Origin: an uncultured Methanosarcinales archaeon
Lineage (GTDB): Archaea; Halobacteriota; Methanosarcinia; Methanosarcinales; Methanogasteraceae
Direction: 5' to 3'
Assembly: GCA_965369365.1 (NCBI GenBank)
Contig: CBDUQO010000001.1
Coordinates: 1 to 44,496, forward strand
DNA length: 44,496 nt
Each line of letters starts with the position of its first letter. The first letter of the stretch is position 1. The position numbers were made by a program, and so were the translations under genes. Of the stretch, positions 27,794 to 35,824 are shown piece by piece. The notes under the pieces were generated by a model, which had not been told where the DNA came from, did no database searches, and saw only the letters and a program-made list of their open reading frames with translations.

Positions 27794-27975
27794 GATATAT
27801 CAACCCTTATCGTCAGTATTTCAGTCTCATCGTCGAACTCTGCGCGGTAATCATGATCAGCATCTTTAGACAGCGGAAAGTATTTAGTCATTGCATCGCT
27901 GATTCGTTGCTTGAAATAGAACGTCCGCCCTCGGTGTAACTTAGAGCACGAGCATGTTTGAGATGTTACTGTCAT
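27790..27975 (-). CDS. Small hypothetical protein (first gene of the minus-strand cassette; start uncertain)
   Basis: ORF coupled to the lipoprotein gene; C-terminal YRAEFDDETEILTIRVD resembles the start of DUF2283-type small proteins. Confidence 0.35.
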   Translation of the reverse strand: MTVTSQTCSCSKLHRGRTFYFKQRISDAMTKYFPLSKDADHDYRAEFDDETEILTIRVDIS

Positions 27976-28018
27976 GGTTAATTGGTGGCCATAACTACTA
28001 TATAAATGTTATCTATCG

Positions 28019-28052
28019 ATATAGGATTACAAAAGTTTATATAGGATTACAA
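28019..28052. promoter_or_regulatory. Divergent promoter region: direct repeat ATATAGGATTACAA x2 (20-bp period) overlapping a TTTATATA box
   Basis: Copies at 28019-28032 and 28039-28052. tttatata at 28035-28042 is about 25 nt from the ATG at 28067. A second TATA-like actatataaat lies at about 27996. Confidence 0.6.
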
Positions 28053-28066
28053 CGAACATATAGCAC

Positions 28067-28432
28067 ATGAAGTTGCTATACACACTTCTAATGGTGACAA
28101 TGCTTTTGTGCAGCATTGGGATAGTAAGTGCCGCAAACGACGTAGACATGTCCAAAATGGTAGACATGGAGAAAGTGAAAACAAACGCCATGAGCTTCTG
28201 GAGCGACATCGCTGACGTGGGATATCTGGTGCTGGGCTCAGCTCTGACAGTATGCTTATTGATAATCTTTGGTGTTGCTGTAAGCGGTGCGGGAAACTCT
28301 GCGCTCGGGGGGAAGGGCAGGGATGCAAACGCGACGAATGAAGGGAGAAAAAGTATGGCCGACGCGGTCTACGCTATCGTTGGGTTGGTCGTTGTACTGC
28401 TTGTAATTGCGGTAGTTGCGAGGATGCTGTGA
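28067..28432 (+). CDS. VirB2/TrbC-like pilin candidate
   Basis: Signal peptide ending IVSA/AND, amphipathic helix, hydrophobic helix, basic loop GGKGRDANATNEGRK, second hydrophobic helix. This is conjugative-pilin topology. Confidence 0.45.
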   Translation: MKLLYTLLMVTMLLCSIGIVSAANDVDMSKMVDMEKVKTNAMSFWSDIADVGYLVLGSALTVCLLIIFGVAVSGAGNSALGGKGRDANATNEGRKSMADAVYAIVGLVVVLLVIAVVARML

Positions 28433-29376
28433 GTACAGCATCCACCCTGGTTTTTTTTTTGGTTTTATTTTCTATGAGTAACGCGTCTGCATGGGGCAGC
28501 CCGTTTGACATCAAAAACGAATCGTTTTTCGATGGTGATTGGGAGATTGCAAGTGAGCATGGCAACCCAGTCAAGAATGTAAAAAGCAATGCTCATATCC
28601 GTGCATGGATCGACATCATAGGATTCGATAACGAAAGCATCATCAACGGAACTCGTTATGTTAATGGATCTCCTAAGGATTTTGCGATCGTTCGGCGAGA
28701 TGCGTGGCATACCTCGGTTAGTGGTGTGGTCGTTTCGTTTACGACTACCTATGCCGGTGTTTACGATGGAAACAACACGACGACTGCATCGCAAACAACA
28801 AATTTCCATTGGAAATACAAAGTACATACCCTATATGGATCCCATTGGAGGCACGTCTACGAAGGGCCGTTGACTGTTTCATACACGGCAGAGTCGCCAG
28901 AAACATTCAACAACGCCATCGATGGGTATGAAATAACGATAGTATCTTACAACAACTCGGTTACACCATACACACTGATCTGCACTCCAGATCGATGGAA
29001 CATAATTAAAACAACCATTGAATATAAAAATAACCTAACCCACTGGCATAATCAGACTGGATGGGTGGCGGTAAACGACAGAAAAACAGAGCATGTAGAG
29101 TTCTTAAATGCATCGCAATGCATCGCAGACAGCGCAAACATGCTCACCAGAAGGGCCGGCTACACAGTCATAAACGAAGCGCCATTAAACTGGTCGCTGT
29201 TAGATATCTGTGTGTATACCCCGTATGCCACCCACCAAAACCCTGCCTTAAACATAACAGTGATCAACAGCAAACCACTGGATTATGTGCAGTGGGAGGT
29301 TATGATTATATTTTTAGCAGTTCTCGGGGCGTTCATCATTATGTCATATTCGCTGTTGCGGAGGGTGCGATTATGA
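28429..29376 (+). CDS. Surface glycoprotein candidate (signal peptide, sequon-rich ectodomain, C-terminal TM anchor)
   Basis: GTG start overlapping the previous stop (GTGA). STLVFFLVLFSMSNASA signal peptide, many N-x-S/T sites, C-terminal WEVMIIFLAVLGAFIIMSYSLL followed by RRVR. Confidence 0.6.
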   Translation: MSTASTLVFFLVLFSMSNASAWGSPFDIKNESFFDGDWEIASEHGNPVKNVKSNAHIRAWIDIIGFDNESIINGTRYVNGSPKDFAIVRRDAWHTSVSGVVVSFTTTYAGVYDGNNTTTASQTTNFHWKYKVHTLYGSHWRHVYEGPLTVSYTAESPETFNNAIDGYEITIVSYNNSVTPYTLICTPDRWNIIKTTIEYKNNLTHWHNQTGWVAVNDRKTEHVEFLNASQCIADSANMLTRRAGYTVINEAPLNWSLLDICVYTPYATHQNPALNITVINSKPLDYVQWEVMIIFLAVLGAFIIMSYSLLRRVRL

Positions 29377-30356
29377 AGTATATAATTTTAATGTTAATAC
29401 TGCTGTTGGCGCTTGTGCCCGTTTGTAGTGCGGGTCTCGCGGACCTAAATCCACTTACAGCAGGCGCAAACATGATCGCAAACGGGATCGACAAGTCTAT
29501 CACGAACGTGGCCGATAGCCTGATGGACGGGTTTGGATCGACAAATGTATCAGCAAACACGATAGGTTCCTCAGATCCGCCATCAGTCACAAACATGATC
29601 AAGGGATTTGCGACGTGGACGGTATCGCCGTTTCAGTACGCTATAGTAATCAAAATAATGGGTCTGTCACTATGCTGTGCAATATTATTCTTGTTCACCT
29701 ACGCACTCCTTGGGGCCGCGTATGTTGCTATGAGCCGGATGTCCAGCAAGAAGATGGACCTGTTCCATTACCTCATGAACTCAAATTCGGGGCACAGGGC
29801 GTTCCAAAATTATGGACAAAACATAGTTGTGGGCTGCATTGCGATGACATTTATGGCGTGGGGCGTGTTCATGACGCTGCTTCTATCAAAGGTTCTGAAG
29901 ATGATGATCATGGATGGGATTGCTGATGCGATATCCCCCTCACTCGCAACGGTGTCAGTATTATATCTTGCGATGGCTCTGATGTGGGTACTCGTCGCGG
30001 TATTCTTTGGGATCTCCAACATTATTATCTGCTTGACAGCGGCTCTTTCGTTCCTCTTAGGGGCGTTGTATGCATCAGACCGCACGAGACACATCACTGT
30101 AGCATGGATGGATTACTTCTTCGGGATGGTGTTGATGCAAATATTTGTGATACTCGTTGTGGCTGTTGCGGTTGGCGTAATACTCGATATCAAGGCGACA
30201 ACCGCAGGGGGACTTCTGTTCGCAAGTAATCCTATGGCAGAGTTCTCTATGTATGCTGGACTCATTGCGTTCGTGCTGATCGGATGTATATACTTCGTAA
30301 TCGGGAAAGCCCGGGTCATTAAGGTCGGGAAAAAAGTCATAAAGTTGGTGGTATAA
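29373..30356 (+). CDS. Polytopic membrane protein, VirB6/TrbL-like candidate
   Basis: ATG at 29373 (ATGA overlap). Signal peptide MKYIILMLILLLALVPVCSA, then at least six hydrophobic helices. The listed 431-aa ORF start at 29061 lies inside the previous gene. Confidence 0.5.
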   Translation: MKYIILMLILLLALVPVCSAGLADLNPLTAGANMIANGIDKSITNVADSLMDGFGSTNVSANTIGSSDPPSVTNMIKGFATWTVSPFQYAIVIKIMGLSLCCAILFLFTYALLGAAYVAMSRMSSKKMDLFHYLMNSNSGHRAFQNYGQNIVVGCIAMTFMAWGVFMTLLLSKVLKMMIMDGIADAISPSLATVSVLYLAMALMWVLVAVFFGISNIIICLTAALSFLLGALYASDRTRHITVAWMDYFFGMVLMQIFVILVVAVAVGVILDIKATTAGGLLFASNPMAEFSMYAGLIAFVLIGCIYFVIGKARVIKVGKKVIKLVV

Positions 30357-31177
30357 TGAAACAAATAAACTCTAAACAAACAGGAAAGGGACTAATGTCC
30401 CCATTACAGACCGCCGCATCGCTTGTCCTAGTGTCTGTATGGGCGCTGGCAGTAGCCGGATCGTACCTTGTAGGACTGAACATCTACATCGTATTGGTGA
30501 TCATGGTTGTGATGGCAATCGGGGTTATGGGGATATTTATCACAGCAATCTTAGACAAGACGGTGTTCTATCGGCACGTAACGTACATACTATATTTACT
30601 GCGGTTTTGTCGGGGAATGACAAAGATACACTCGTATGCCCTGCCACTCGACAAGCTGAAGCAGCATGTCCCGATAGAGAGAGTCCATGATGGTGGGCTT
30701 ATCGAGTACTCTGAAAAGCGATATGGGATCCTCTGTAAGTATGATCCACCTCAGATATCGAAGACAGAGTACCCAGCATATCATGCACAGATGGCGAAGA
30801 TAGCCAACGCAATCCCTGCAGGAGTTGAGGTATCATTTCATTTCTACAACAAAGTAGATTACGCAAACCCACTCGCAGAAACAATCTTGTCATCGATGAA
30901 TACGGAAGGAAAGACACAAGCGCAAAAGGAACACCTGCATGGAATGTATGAGTACGCCACAGAATCTGAATTAGCACAGGCAACGCCCGATTACTTAATA
31001 TCAATCAAGCTGGGGAAATTTAGCACGGTGAAACTGGCAATGCTATCATATCAGTTCGCAGTCCCGGGACTGCTAAAGTCGATGAGAGAGCGGGGAATCT
31101 ATGCAAACCAACTCATCGGCGAGAATGAAATCGCTATAGAACTTCGCAACTTTGCAATAATGGAGAAGTATCAATGA
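30356..31177 (+). CDS. Membrane hairpin plus soluble domain, VirB3 / VirB4-N-domain-like candidate
   Basis: Two TM helices, then LPLDKLKQHVPIERVHDGGLIEYSEKRYGILCKYDPPQISKTEY, which resembles the N-terminal region of Gram-positive-type VirB4 proteins. Coupled on both sides. Confidence 0.4.
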   Translation: MKQINSKQTGKGLMSPLQTAASLVLVSVWALAVAGSYLVGLNIYIVLVIMVVMAIGVMGIFITAILDKTVFYRHVTYILYLLRFCRGMTKIHSYALPLDKLKQHVPIERVHDGGLIEYSEKRYGILCKYDPPQISKTEYPAYHAQMAKIANAIPAGVEVSFHFYNKVDYANPLAETILSSMNTEGKTQAQKEHLHGMYEYATESELAQATPDYLISIKLGKFSTVKLAMLSYQFAVPGLLKSMRERGIYANQLIGENEIAIELRNFAIMEKYQ

Positions 31178-33690
31178 GACTATTATCGCGGATTAGAGGG
31201 AAGAAAGCACAGCATAAGAAGTATGCCAAAGACGCCGAAACTGACAGACAGAACGAATGGTGGAGCATCACACGGAAGATTCTACCACCAACTATCACAG
31301 AAACGCACGAACACCTGTCATTAACTGATGACACCTTCGTCAGTTGCATCGTGGTGGGTGTGCCGGAGTTTGACACCCCCGGATACTCTCGGACGATTGA
31401 CTCTGCATACCTTGGAGATCTACTTAGCACGGTGAAAAACAGGTGCTTCATCGGATATTCCTTCGCAATATCACCATTTGGGCAGGCACACTCTAACAGA
31501 GCTTTGGAAGATGCAGAGTTCAGAAATGTGCAGGATCAGATGGATGATATGGATACCAACTCGTTAGGACGGATCAAAAACAAGACAGGATTCATCGCGA
31601 CGGATATCAAAGACGACCAGAAAGCCGTCCATGACCAGACTGCAAAACAGTTCGACACCGCTTGCATCATCACTATCCGGGCGGATTCGATAGCCGAGTT
31701 GAATGCATCCCACAGCCAAGTAACCAGCATACTTGACAGGAACTTGGTTGGGTGGACTCCAGCCGAAGGTAAGATGCTTGAGACGTACAAGTGTGCCCAG
31801 CCATGGGGGCGGATAACCCCTCTGGCACGGGTAGACTGCACATCTGCACAAGTTGCATCACTACTTCCGATGCAACGACTTGATAGCCGTACCGCGATAT
31901 CCGGTATCTGGTTCGGCAATCAGAAGACCGAGAACCCCTCAGATCGCGGTAAGCCCGTCATGGTAGATCTGTCGGCATTATCGGTTGAACATGGGCTGGT
32001 CTTCGGACCGTCGGGCTCAGGCAAGACTGCGTTTCTTATGGTTGCATCGATGAGAGCACACGATCAAAATAAATACCGCACCGTATATCTGACTGTGAAG
32101 GCTGACGCTGGGACGCAGTTTAGGAACGTCCCAGCGCATTATAAGGAGCTCGGAAACGTCATAGATCTTGGGATAGGTGAAGGGAAATCTGTGATCAATC
32201 CTCTGCAGATTGTGTACGATGCAACGACGCTGAAGGGCACAGATGCAGAGTATCTGCGCATCTATCATAAGCATAAGATGATCGTTGCCGCATTTTTCGA
32301 CACGTTCTTGAAGACTGGACTCACCGACAATCAAGGACATTACCTCGACCGTACCCTCAATGAGATATACGAAAAATATGACATGATCTCACTATCTTCT
32401 GAGAGAATCGTATGCCATCCGGAGAAGTGGGGTGACGGCGAGAACTTCCCAACGATCCATGAACTGCGAAAACTGTGGAAAGAAAACATGGCCGGCAGTC
32501 TTGGACGCCTGAAAGAGTCGGCAGAATCGCTGTACAATCGAACGGGGAACCTGAGTAAGATCGGGGCCTACTCATATATCAACAGTCGATCCACCGCTGA
32601 TTTTTCAGCAGACTACATCGTAGTTGATCTGTCCGGACTCGACAAAGGCATCCAAGACGCTATGAGCACGCTTGTAATCGACCTGATCGGTGCAAGATTC
32701 AACACCGATGCGAAGCGAAAAACAATGCTCATCATCGATGAGGGAGTAGCTTTTTCGTACAACGAGGCACGCCAGAGTTTCATCTCGAATGCATATACTA
32801 TGGGGAGAAGTGGGCAGATCACGGTGGTAATGTCGTTCACAGACCCCGGAAACATCAGCACGAGCTTCGCTACAATGCTGCAAACGAACTCAACATGGTC
32901 TTATATATTTGGGAAAGGGTTGGATGTAGCAAGCGTCGAATACCTGAAAGAGTTCTTCCGGCTGGATGAAGGCGACACGCAGGAACTGGTCACATCGGAG
33001 ATTGGTGGGGGGCTGTTGGTGCTTGGCACTCAGAAGATTCCGATCTATCTGAAGATCACTGATCAAGAGATGGATATACTGAAGGGTAGAAATAATGCGC
33101 CGGAAAAAGCTTCGTCCAGTGGTGCTTTGATGCTGTTGGAATCTGTGTCAGAACTGGTGCAAGAGCAGGGATTCTGCCTTGATGAGTGGGTTGAGGATCC
33201 AAACCCGAAGGTAATGAACGACCTTGGTTATGTGCCGCATCTTGTGCAGCGAGTCGATGCGAACGGCAAGGCCAAGGCATGGGTTCAGGCGGACATAATA
33301 AGGGACGGGATGATCTACAATCAGACATTAGAGCACTATAGCTCTGTAATAATGATTGCAGGACGACTGTTACAATCCGGATTTGAGGATGTGTCAGTGA
33401 ACCACTTCGATAAGGAGGATGTGCGGGCGACGTTTGCCGGGAAATCCTACTCATTTGAGTACGAACGGCAAGGGTCGCACACAGAGAAGCAGCTTGAGAC
33501 CAAGTGCAGAAAGCTTGAAAGCACTAACAGCCGATGCTTTTTTGTGTGTCAAAAGAGCTATGAAAAGTTCGTAGCGAAAGCGGTTGGAGCCCACAATACG
33601 TGCACCCGTGGAGCCTCCTTCAAAGGGGCGATCGATGCGGTTTTGAACGAATACAATTCAGACAAAAAGGAGGACAAAACAAATGAGTAA
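31174..33690 (+). CDS. VirB4/TraC-class conjugation-type ATPase with a C-terminal extension of about 180 aa
   Basis: Walker A FGPSGSGKT, Walker B KTMLIIDEGVAF, DLSGLDKGIQDAMSTLVIDLIG and GGGLLVLGTQKIPIYLKITDQEMDIL blocks in VirB4 order; size 838 aa. Confidence 0.75.
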   Translation: MRLLSRIRGKKAQHKKYAKDAETDRQNEWWSITRKILPPTITETHEHLSLTDDTFVSCIVVGVPEFDTPGYSRTIDSAYLGDLLSTVKNRCFIGYSFAISPFGQAHSNRALEDAEFRNVQDQMDDMDTNSLGRIKNKTGFIATDIKDDQKAVHDQTAKQFDTACIITIRADSIAELNASHSQVTSILDRNLVGWTPAEGKMLETYKCAQPWGRITPLARVDCTSAQVASLLPMQRLDSRTAISGIWFGNQKTENPSDRGKPVMVDLSALSVEHGLVFGPSGSGKTAFLMVASMRAHDQNKYRTVYLTVKADAGTQFRNVPAHYKELGNVIDLGIGEGKSVINPLQIVYDATTLKGTDAEYLRIYHKHKMIVAAFFDTFLKTGLTDNQGHYLDRTLNEIYEKYDMISLSSERIVCHPEKWGDGENFPTIHELRKLWKENMAGSLGRLKESAESLYNRTGNLSKIGAYSYINSRSTADFSADYIVVDLSGLDKGIQDAMSTLVIDLIGARFNTDAKRKTMLIIDEGVAFSYNEARQSFISNAYTMGRSGQITVVMSFTDPGNISTSFATMLQTNSTWSYIFGKGLDVASVEYLKEFFRLDEGDTQELVTSEIGGGLLVLGTQKIPIYLKITDQEMDILKGRNNAPEKASSSGALMLLESVSELVQEQGFCLDEWVEDPNPKVMNDLGYVPHLVQRVDANGKAKAWVQADIIRDGMIYNQTLEHYSSVIMIAGRLLQSGFEDVSVNHFDKEDVRATFAGKSYSFEYERQGSHTEKQLETKCRKLESTNSRCFFVCQKSYEKFVAKAVGAHNTCTRGASFKGAIDAVLNEYNSDKKEDKTNE

Positions 33691-33856
33691 CAGAACAAAG
33701 AAGACAAAAGTACAAAAGCATTCATCGAAGATGCTTTTGGCAGCTTTCAGCCCAGTCGGAGCACCGAGAGAGCCAGAACGCAGACGGTACTTACCTTTAT
33801 ACTTTGGGCGAGCGAAGGCGATGAGCGAGCGAGGGGGTGAAAACCATGTCGGGTGA
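33683..33856 (+). CDS. Unlisted basic 57-aa ORF
   Basis: ATG overlapping the end of the ATPase gene; MSNRTKKTKVQKHSSK.. is highly basic. Confidence 0.3.
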   Translation: MSNRTKKTKVQKHSSKMLLAAFSPVGAPREPERRRYLPLYFGRAKAMSERGGENHVG

Positions 33857-33965
33857 ATCAAAAGCATGTGAATCCTGTGGGATACGCAAAGACGTGCATA
33901 GGTGCACATGGCGAGTCAAGACGATGTGGCTATGTCCTTCATGCAAGAGAGCATGGGGCGGATGA
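33846..33965 (+). CDS. Unlisted 39-aa zinc-ribbon ORF
   Basis: MSGESKACESCGIRKDVHRCTWRVKTMWLCPSCKRAWGG with CxxC..CxxC. Confidence 0.35.
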   Translation: MSGESKACESCGIRKDVHRCTWRVKTMWLCPSCKRAWGG

Positions 33966-34171
33966 ACGGAATGGAGATGGCTCTGAGATTTGTTGCAGGT
34001 GGTGATGCTGCTCCCTGCGGTTACACTGATCGGGTATTACTTTATTGGGCCGACTGTTTATACGGGGCAGTTACGGTCCACCGCGAAGTTCAGCGTGTAT
34101 GCGCTATCGACGACGTTCGTATTTCGGATTGCGTTTTACTACGCACAGACCATCATGAACGATTGCATTGA
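33962..34171 (+). CDS. Hypothetical 69-aa ORF (frame ambiguous; an alternative membrane-like frame runs 34005-34184)
   Basis: ATGA overlap with the previous small ORF favours this frame; the alternative frame encodes a two-TM-like peptide. Confidence 0.25.
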   Translation: MNGMEMALRFVAGGDAAPCGYTDRVLLYWADCLYGAVTVHREVQRVCAIDDVRISDCVLLRTDHHERLH

Positions 34172-34196
34172 TAGGTATTACTAGAGGTATATAATT

Positions 34197-34433
34197 ATGA
34201 CCGAAAAGAATATGAAACCAACAAACCTTACGAACTCAGATATGGTCAGATTCAGGGAATTTAGGAAGACAGCAACGATATGGGCTGGACATATTCCAAT
34301 ACCCTTCATAGTCGAGACTCTCGAAGGAACATTTGAGGGCAAGGCTGGCGACTGGCTGGCAGAAGGGATCGAGGGAGAACGTTACATCATCGATGATGCA
34401 ATCTTCAGGAAGACATACGAAGAGGTAGTCTGA
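34197..34433 (+). CDS. PGDYG-domain-like small protein
   Basis: VETLEGTFEGKAGDWLAEGIEGERYIIDDAIFRKTYEEV follows the T-x-EG..(P)GDY/W..G..GE.Y....F...Y pattern. Confidence 0.5.
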   Translation: MTEKNMKPTNLTNSDMVRFREFRKTATIWAGHIPIPFIVETLEGTFEGKAGDWLAEGIEGERYIIDDAIFRKTYEEVV

Positions 34434-34931
34434 ATGCCTGGTGATGCGGCGCATGTAAAGTCGGCGAAGTTCGTCGCGGTGATCGGCGCAGTAATACTGT
34501 TCGCGCTGGGCTGGGACCCTATCCATATCGTGGCTACTGCTGCGCTGTTCATGTTCAGTGTGATGTTCTTGAGCCCCGACCTCGATCTACCGGGCACCGA
34601 GCCCATGCAGCGATGGGGCGCACTCCGCTGGGGCTGGCTGATGTTCGAGAAGCGCATCCCTCACCGCAGCCCGTGGTCGCATGGATGGATTCGCGGATGG
34701 CTCACAATCCAAGCAAACTTTTTAGCGATCCTGGTATTGATCCTTGTATTTTTGAGGCTGTGCTGGATACCGCTGATCGAGCCGCTGATCGCGCAAGGGA
34801 ACGAGATCATTGATGAGTTGCTGATGTTCCACTTTTCGACAGAGGTCATAACAGTATTAATCTGGTGGGTGTGCGTGAGTGCGGCGGCACACTGGCATCA
34901 CAAGATCCTTGACACTTTCACGAGGAACTGA
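34434..34931 (+). CDS. Membrane metal-binding protein, DUF2227/COG2389-like
   Basis: FLSPDLDLPGTEPMQRWGALRWGW..PHRSPWSHGW motif block plus flanking TM helices. Confidence 0.5.
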   Translation: MPGDAAHVKSAKFVAVIGAVILFALGWDPIHIVATAALFMFSVMFLSPDLDLPGTEPMQRWGALRWGWLMFEKRIPHRSPWSHGWIRGWLTIQANFLAILVLILVFLRLCWIPLIEPLIAQGNEIIDELLMFHFSTEVITVLIWWVCVSAAAHWHHKILDTFTRN

Positions 34932-34932
34932 T

Positions 34933-35136
34933 ATGAACGTAATCAACCTCGTGAACATCGTACTGAAATACCTGACAACAAGGAGGCAAACAATGAAAAC
35001 AAAGAACGTATCTCGGAGACGAACCGCGGTAGCCACGGCAACGGCGGTGTGTGGGGCATGCGGCGGTGAGGTCTGTGATGCGAACTCTAGAACCCATCTC
35101 CGCGTATGTTTCAGATGTGGGCGCAAGGTGCAGTAA
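34933..35136 (+). CDS. Zinc-ribbon mini-protein (67 aa)
   Basis: CGACGG..CFRCG; ATG 2 nt after the previous stop; last gene before a strong terminator. Confidence 0.45.
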   Translation: MNVINLVNIVLKYLTTRRQTMKTKNVSRRRTAVATATAVCGACGGEVCDANSRTHLRVCFRCGRKVQ

Positions 35137-35145
35137 CGCCAGCGA

Positions 35146-35183
35146 AGCCACGTAATAATTACGTGGCTTATATTCTTTTTTTG
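35146..35183 (+). terminator. Strong hairpin plus T7 terminator ending the 28067-35136 operon
   Basis: aagccacgtaat-a-attacgtggctt (12-bp perfect arms), then atattcttttttt. Confidence 0.75.
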
Positions 35184-35300
35184 GATGATATTGTTTGTGT
35201 GCTAAACAACAGATATACTTATATACATTAAGCACACAGTAGTATATTGCAACACCGAACTGTTGCAGGACGTGACTGAACCCTGACCGAAAACACACAA

Positions 35301-35477
35301 ATGCAGAAAACCCGCGCATACGCAACACACAAACACCAGCAGGGATGTTTGCACTCCTGGGGGGGTGGGATTGAGATATCCCCCACTGTCTCTACATTCG
35401 AGGACATTCTCGACGAATTGTGGAAGCGACAAGAAGTCGAGATCCCCGCACCCCAATTATGCGGGGGGTGCATATGA
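35301..35477 (+). CDS. Unlisted 58-aa ORF (Cys/His-containing)
   Basis: First ORF after the TATA-like acttatatac at about 35217. It begins a chain of ATGA-coupled ORFs: 35301-35477, 35474-35557, 35554-35811. Confidence 0.3.
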   Translation: MQKTRAYATHKHQQGCLHSWGGGIEISPTVSTFEDILDELWKRQEVEIPAPQLCGGCI

Positions 35478-35553
35478 ACTTTAGCGACGACTCGAAGTTG
35501 CAGGAAAATTACTTCGGGCTGACAGCCCGGGGATGGATTATGGGGACAGTGCT

Positions 35554-35811
35554 ATGAAAAGAATATTGGTCCCAGAACTTCGAAATTTGGGAGTGCGTTT
35601 TCTAACGAACGCCCCATCAGATAGTTGGATCATGTTTGGAGTCGCCGTGCGGGAATTCCATGTGATCCATGACGGGCAGGAGAAGATCCTGCAGGCAGTT
35701 GGAGAAGAACTGTATAGAAAACTACAGAAATTCGCACCAATTGCGGGCAGAAATCTATTGGTGCAGAAAGCCGGGGGCTATCACGTTAGACCTCTGCAAA
35801 CTCAGCCCTAA
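35554..35811 (+). CDS. Hypothetical protein (85 aa; alternative start 35533)
   Basis: The ATG at 35554 overlaps the stop of the preceding mini-ORF. Confidence 0.45.
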   Translation: MKRILVPELRNLGVRFLTNAPSDSWIMFGVAVREFHVIHDGQEKILQAVGEELYRKLQKFAPIAGRNLLVQKAGGYHVRPLQTQP

Positions 35812-35824
35812 GGAGTTGAGAATA

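Noticed and set aside
29061-29372. N-terminal 104 codons of the listed 431-aa ORF
   Set aside because: This part overlaps the 3' end of the surface-protein gene in another frame and reads as basic, low-complexity sequence. The ATG at 29373 overlaps the upstream stop and is followed by a textbook signal peptide.
34005-34184. Two-TM-like peptide frame (listed ORF 33990-34184)
   Set aside because: Not rejected outright, but it overlaps 33962-34171, whose ATG is stop-start coupled to the preceding mini-ORF. The sequence alone does not let me decide between the frames.
35202-35473. Minus-strand ORFs of 81-84 aa in the gap after the 35146 terminator
   Set aside because: The region carries a + strand TATA-like box and a + strand chain of coupled mini-ORFs. 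The minus-strand translations are Cys/Ser/Val-rich with no ribosome-binding site or promoter context.
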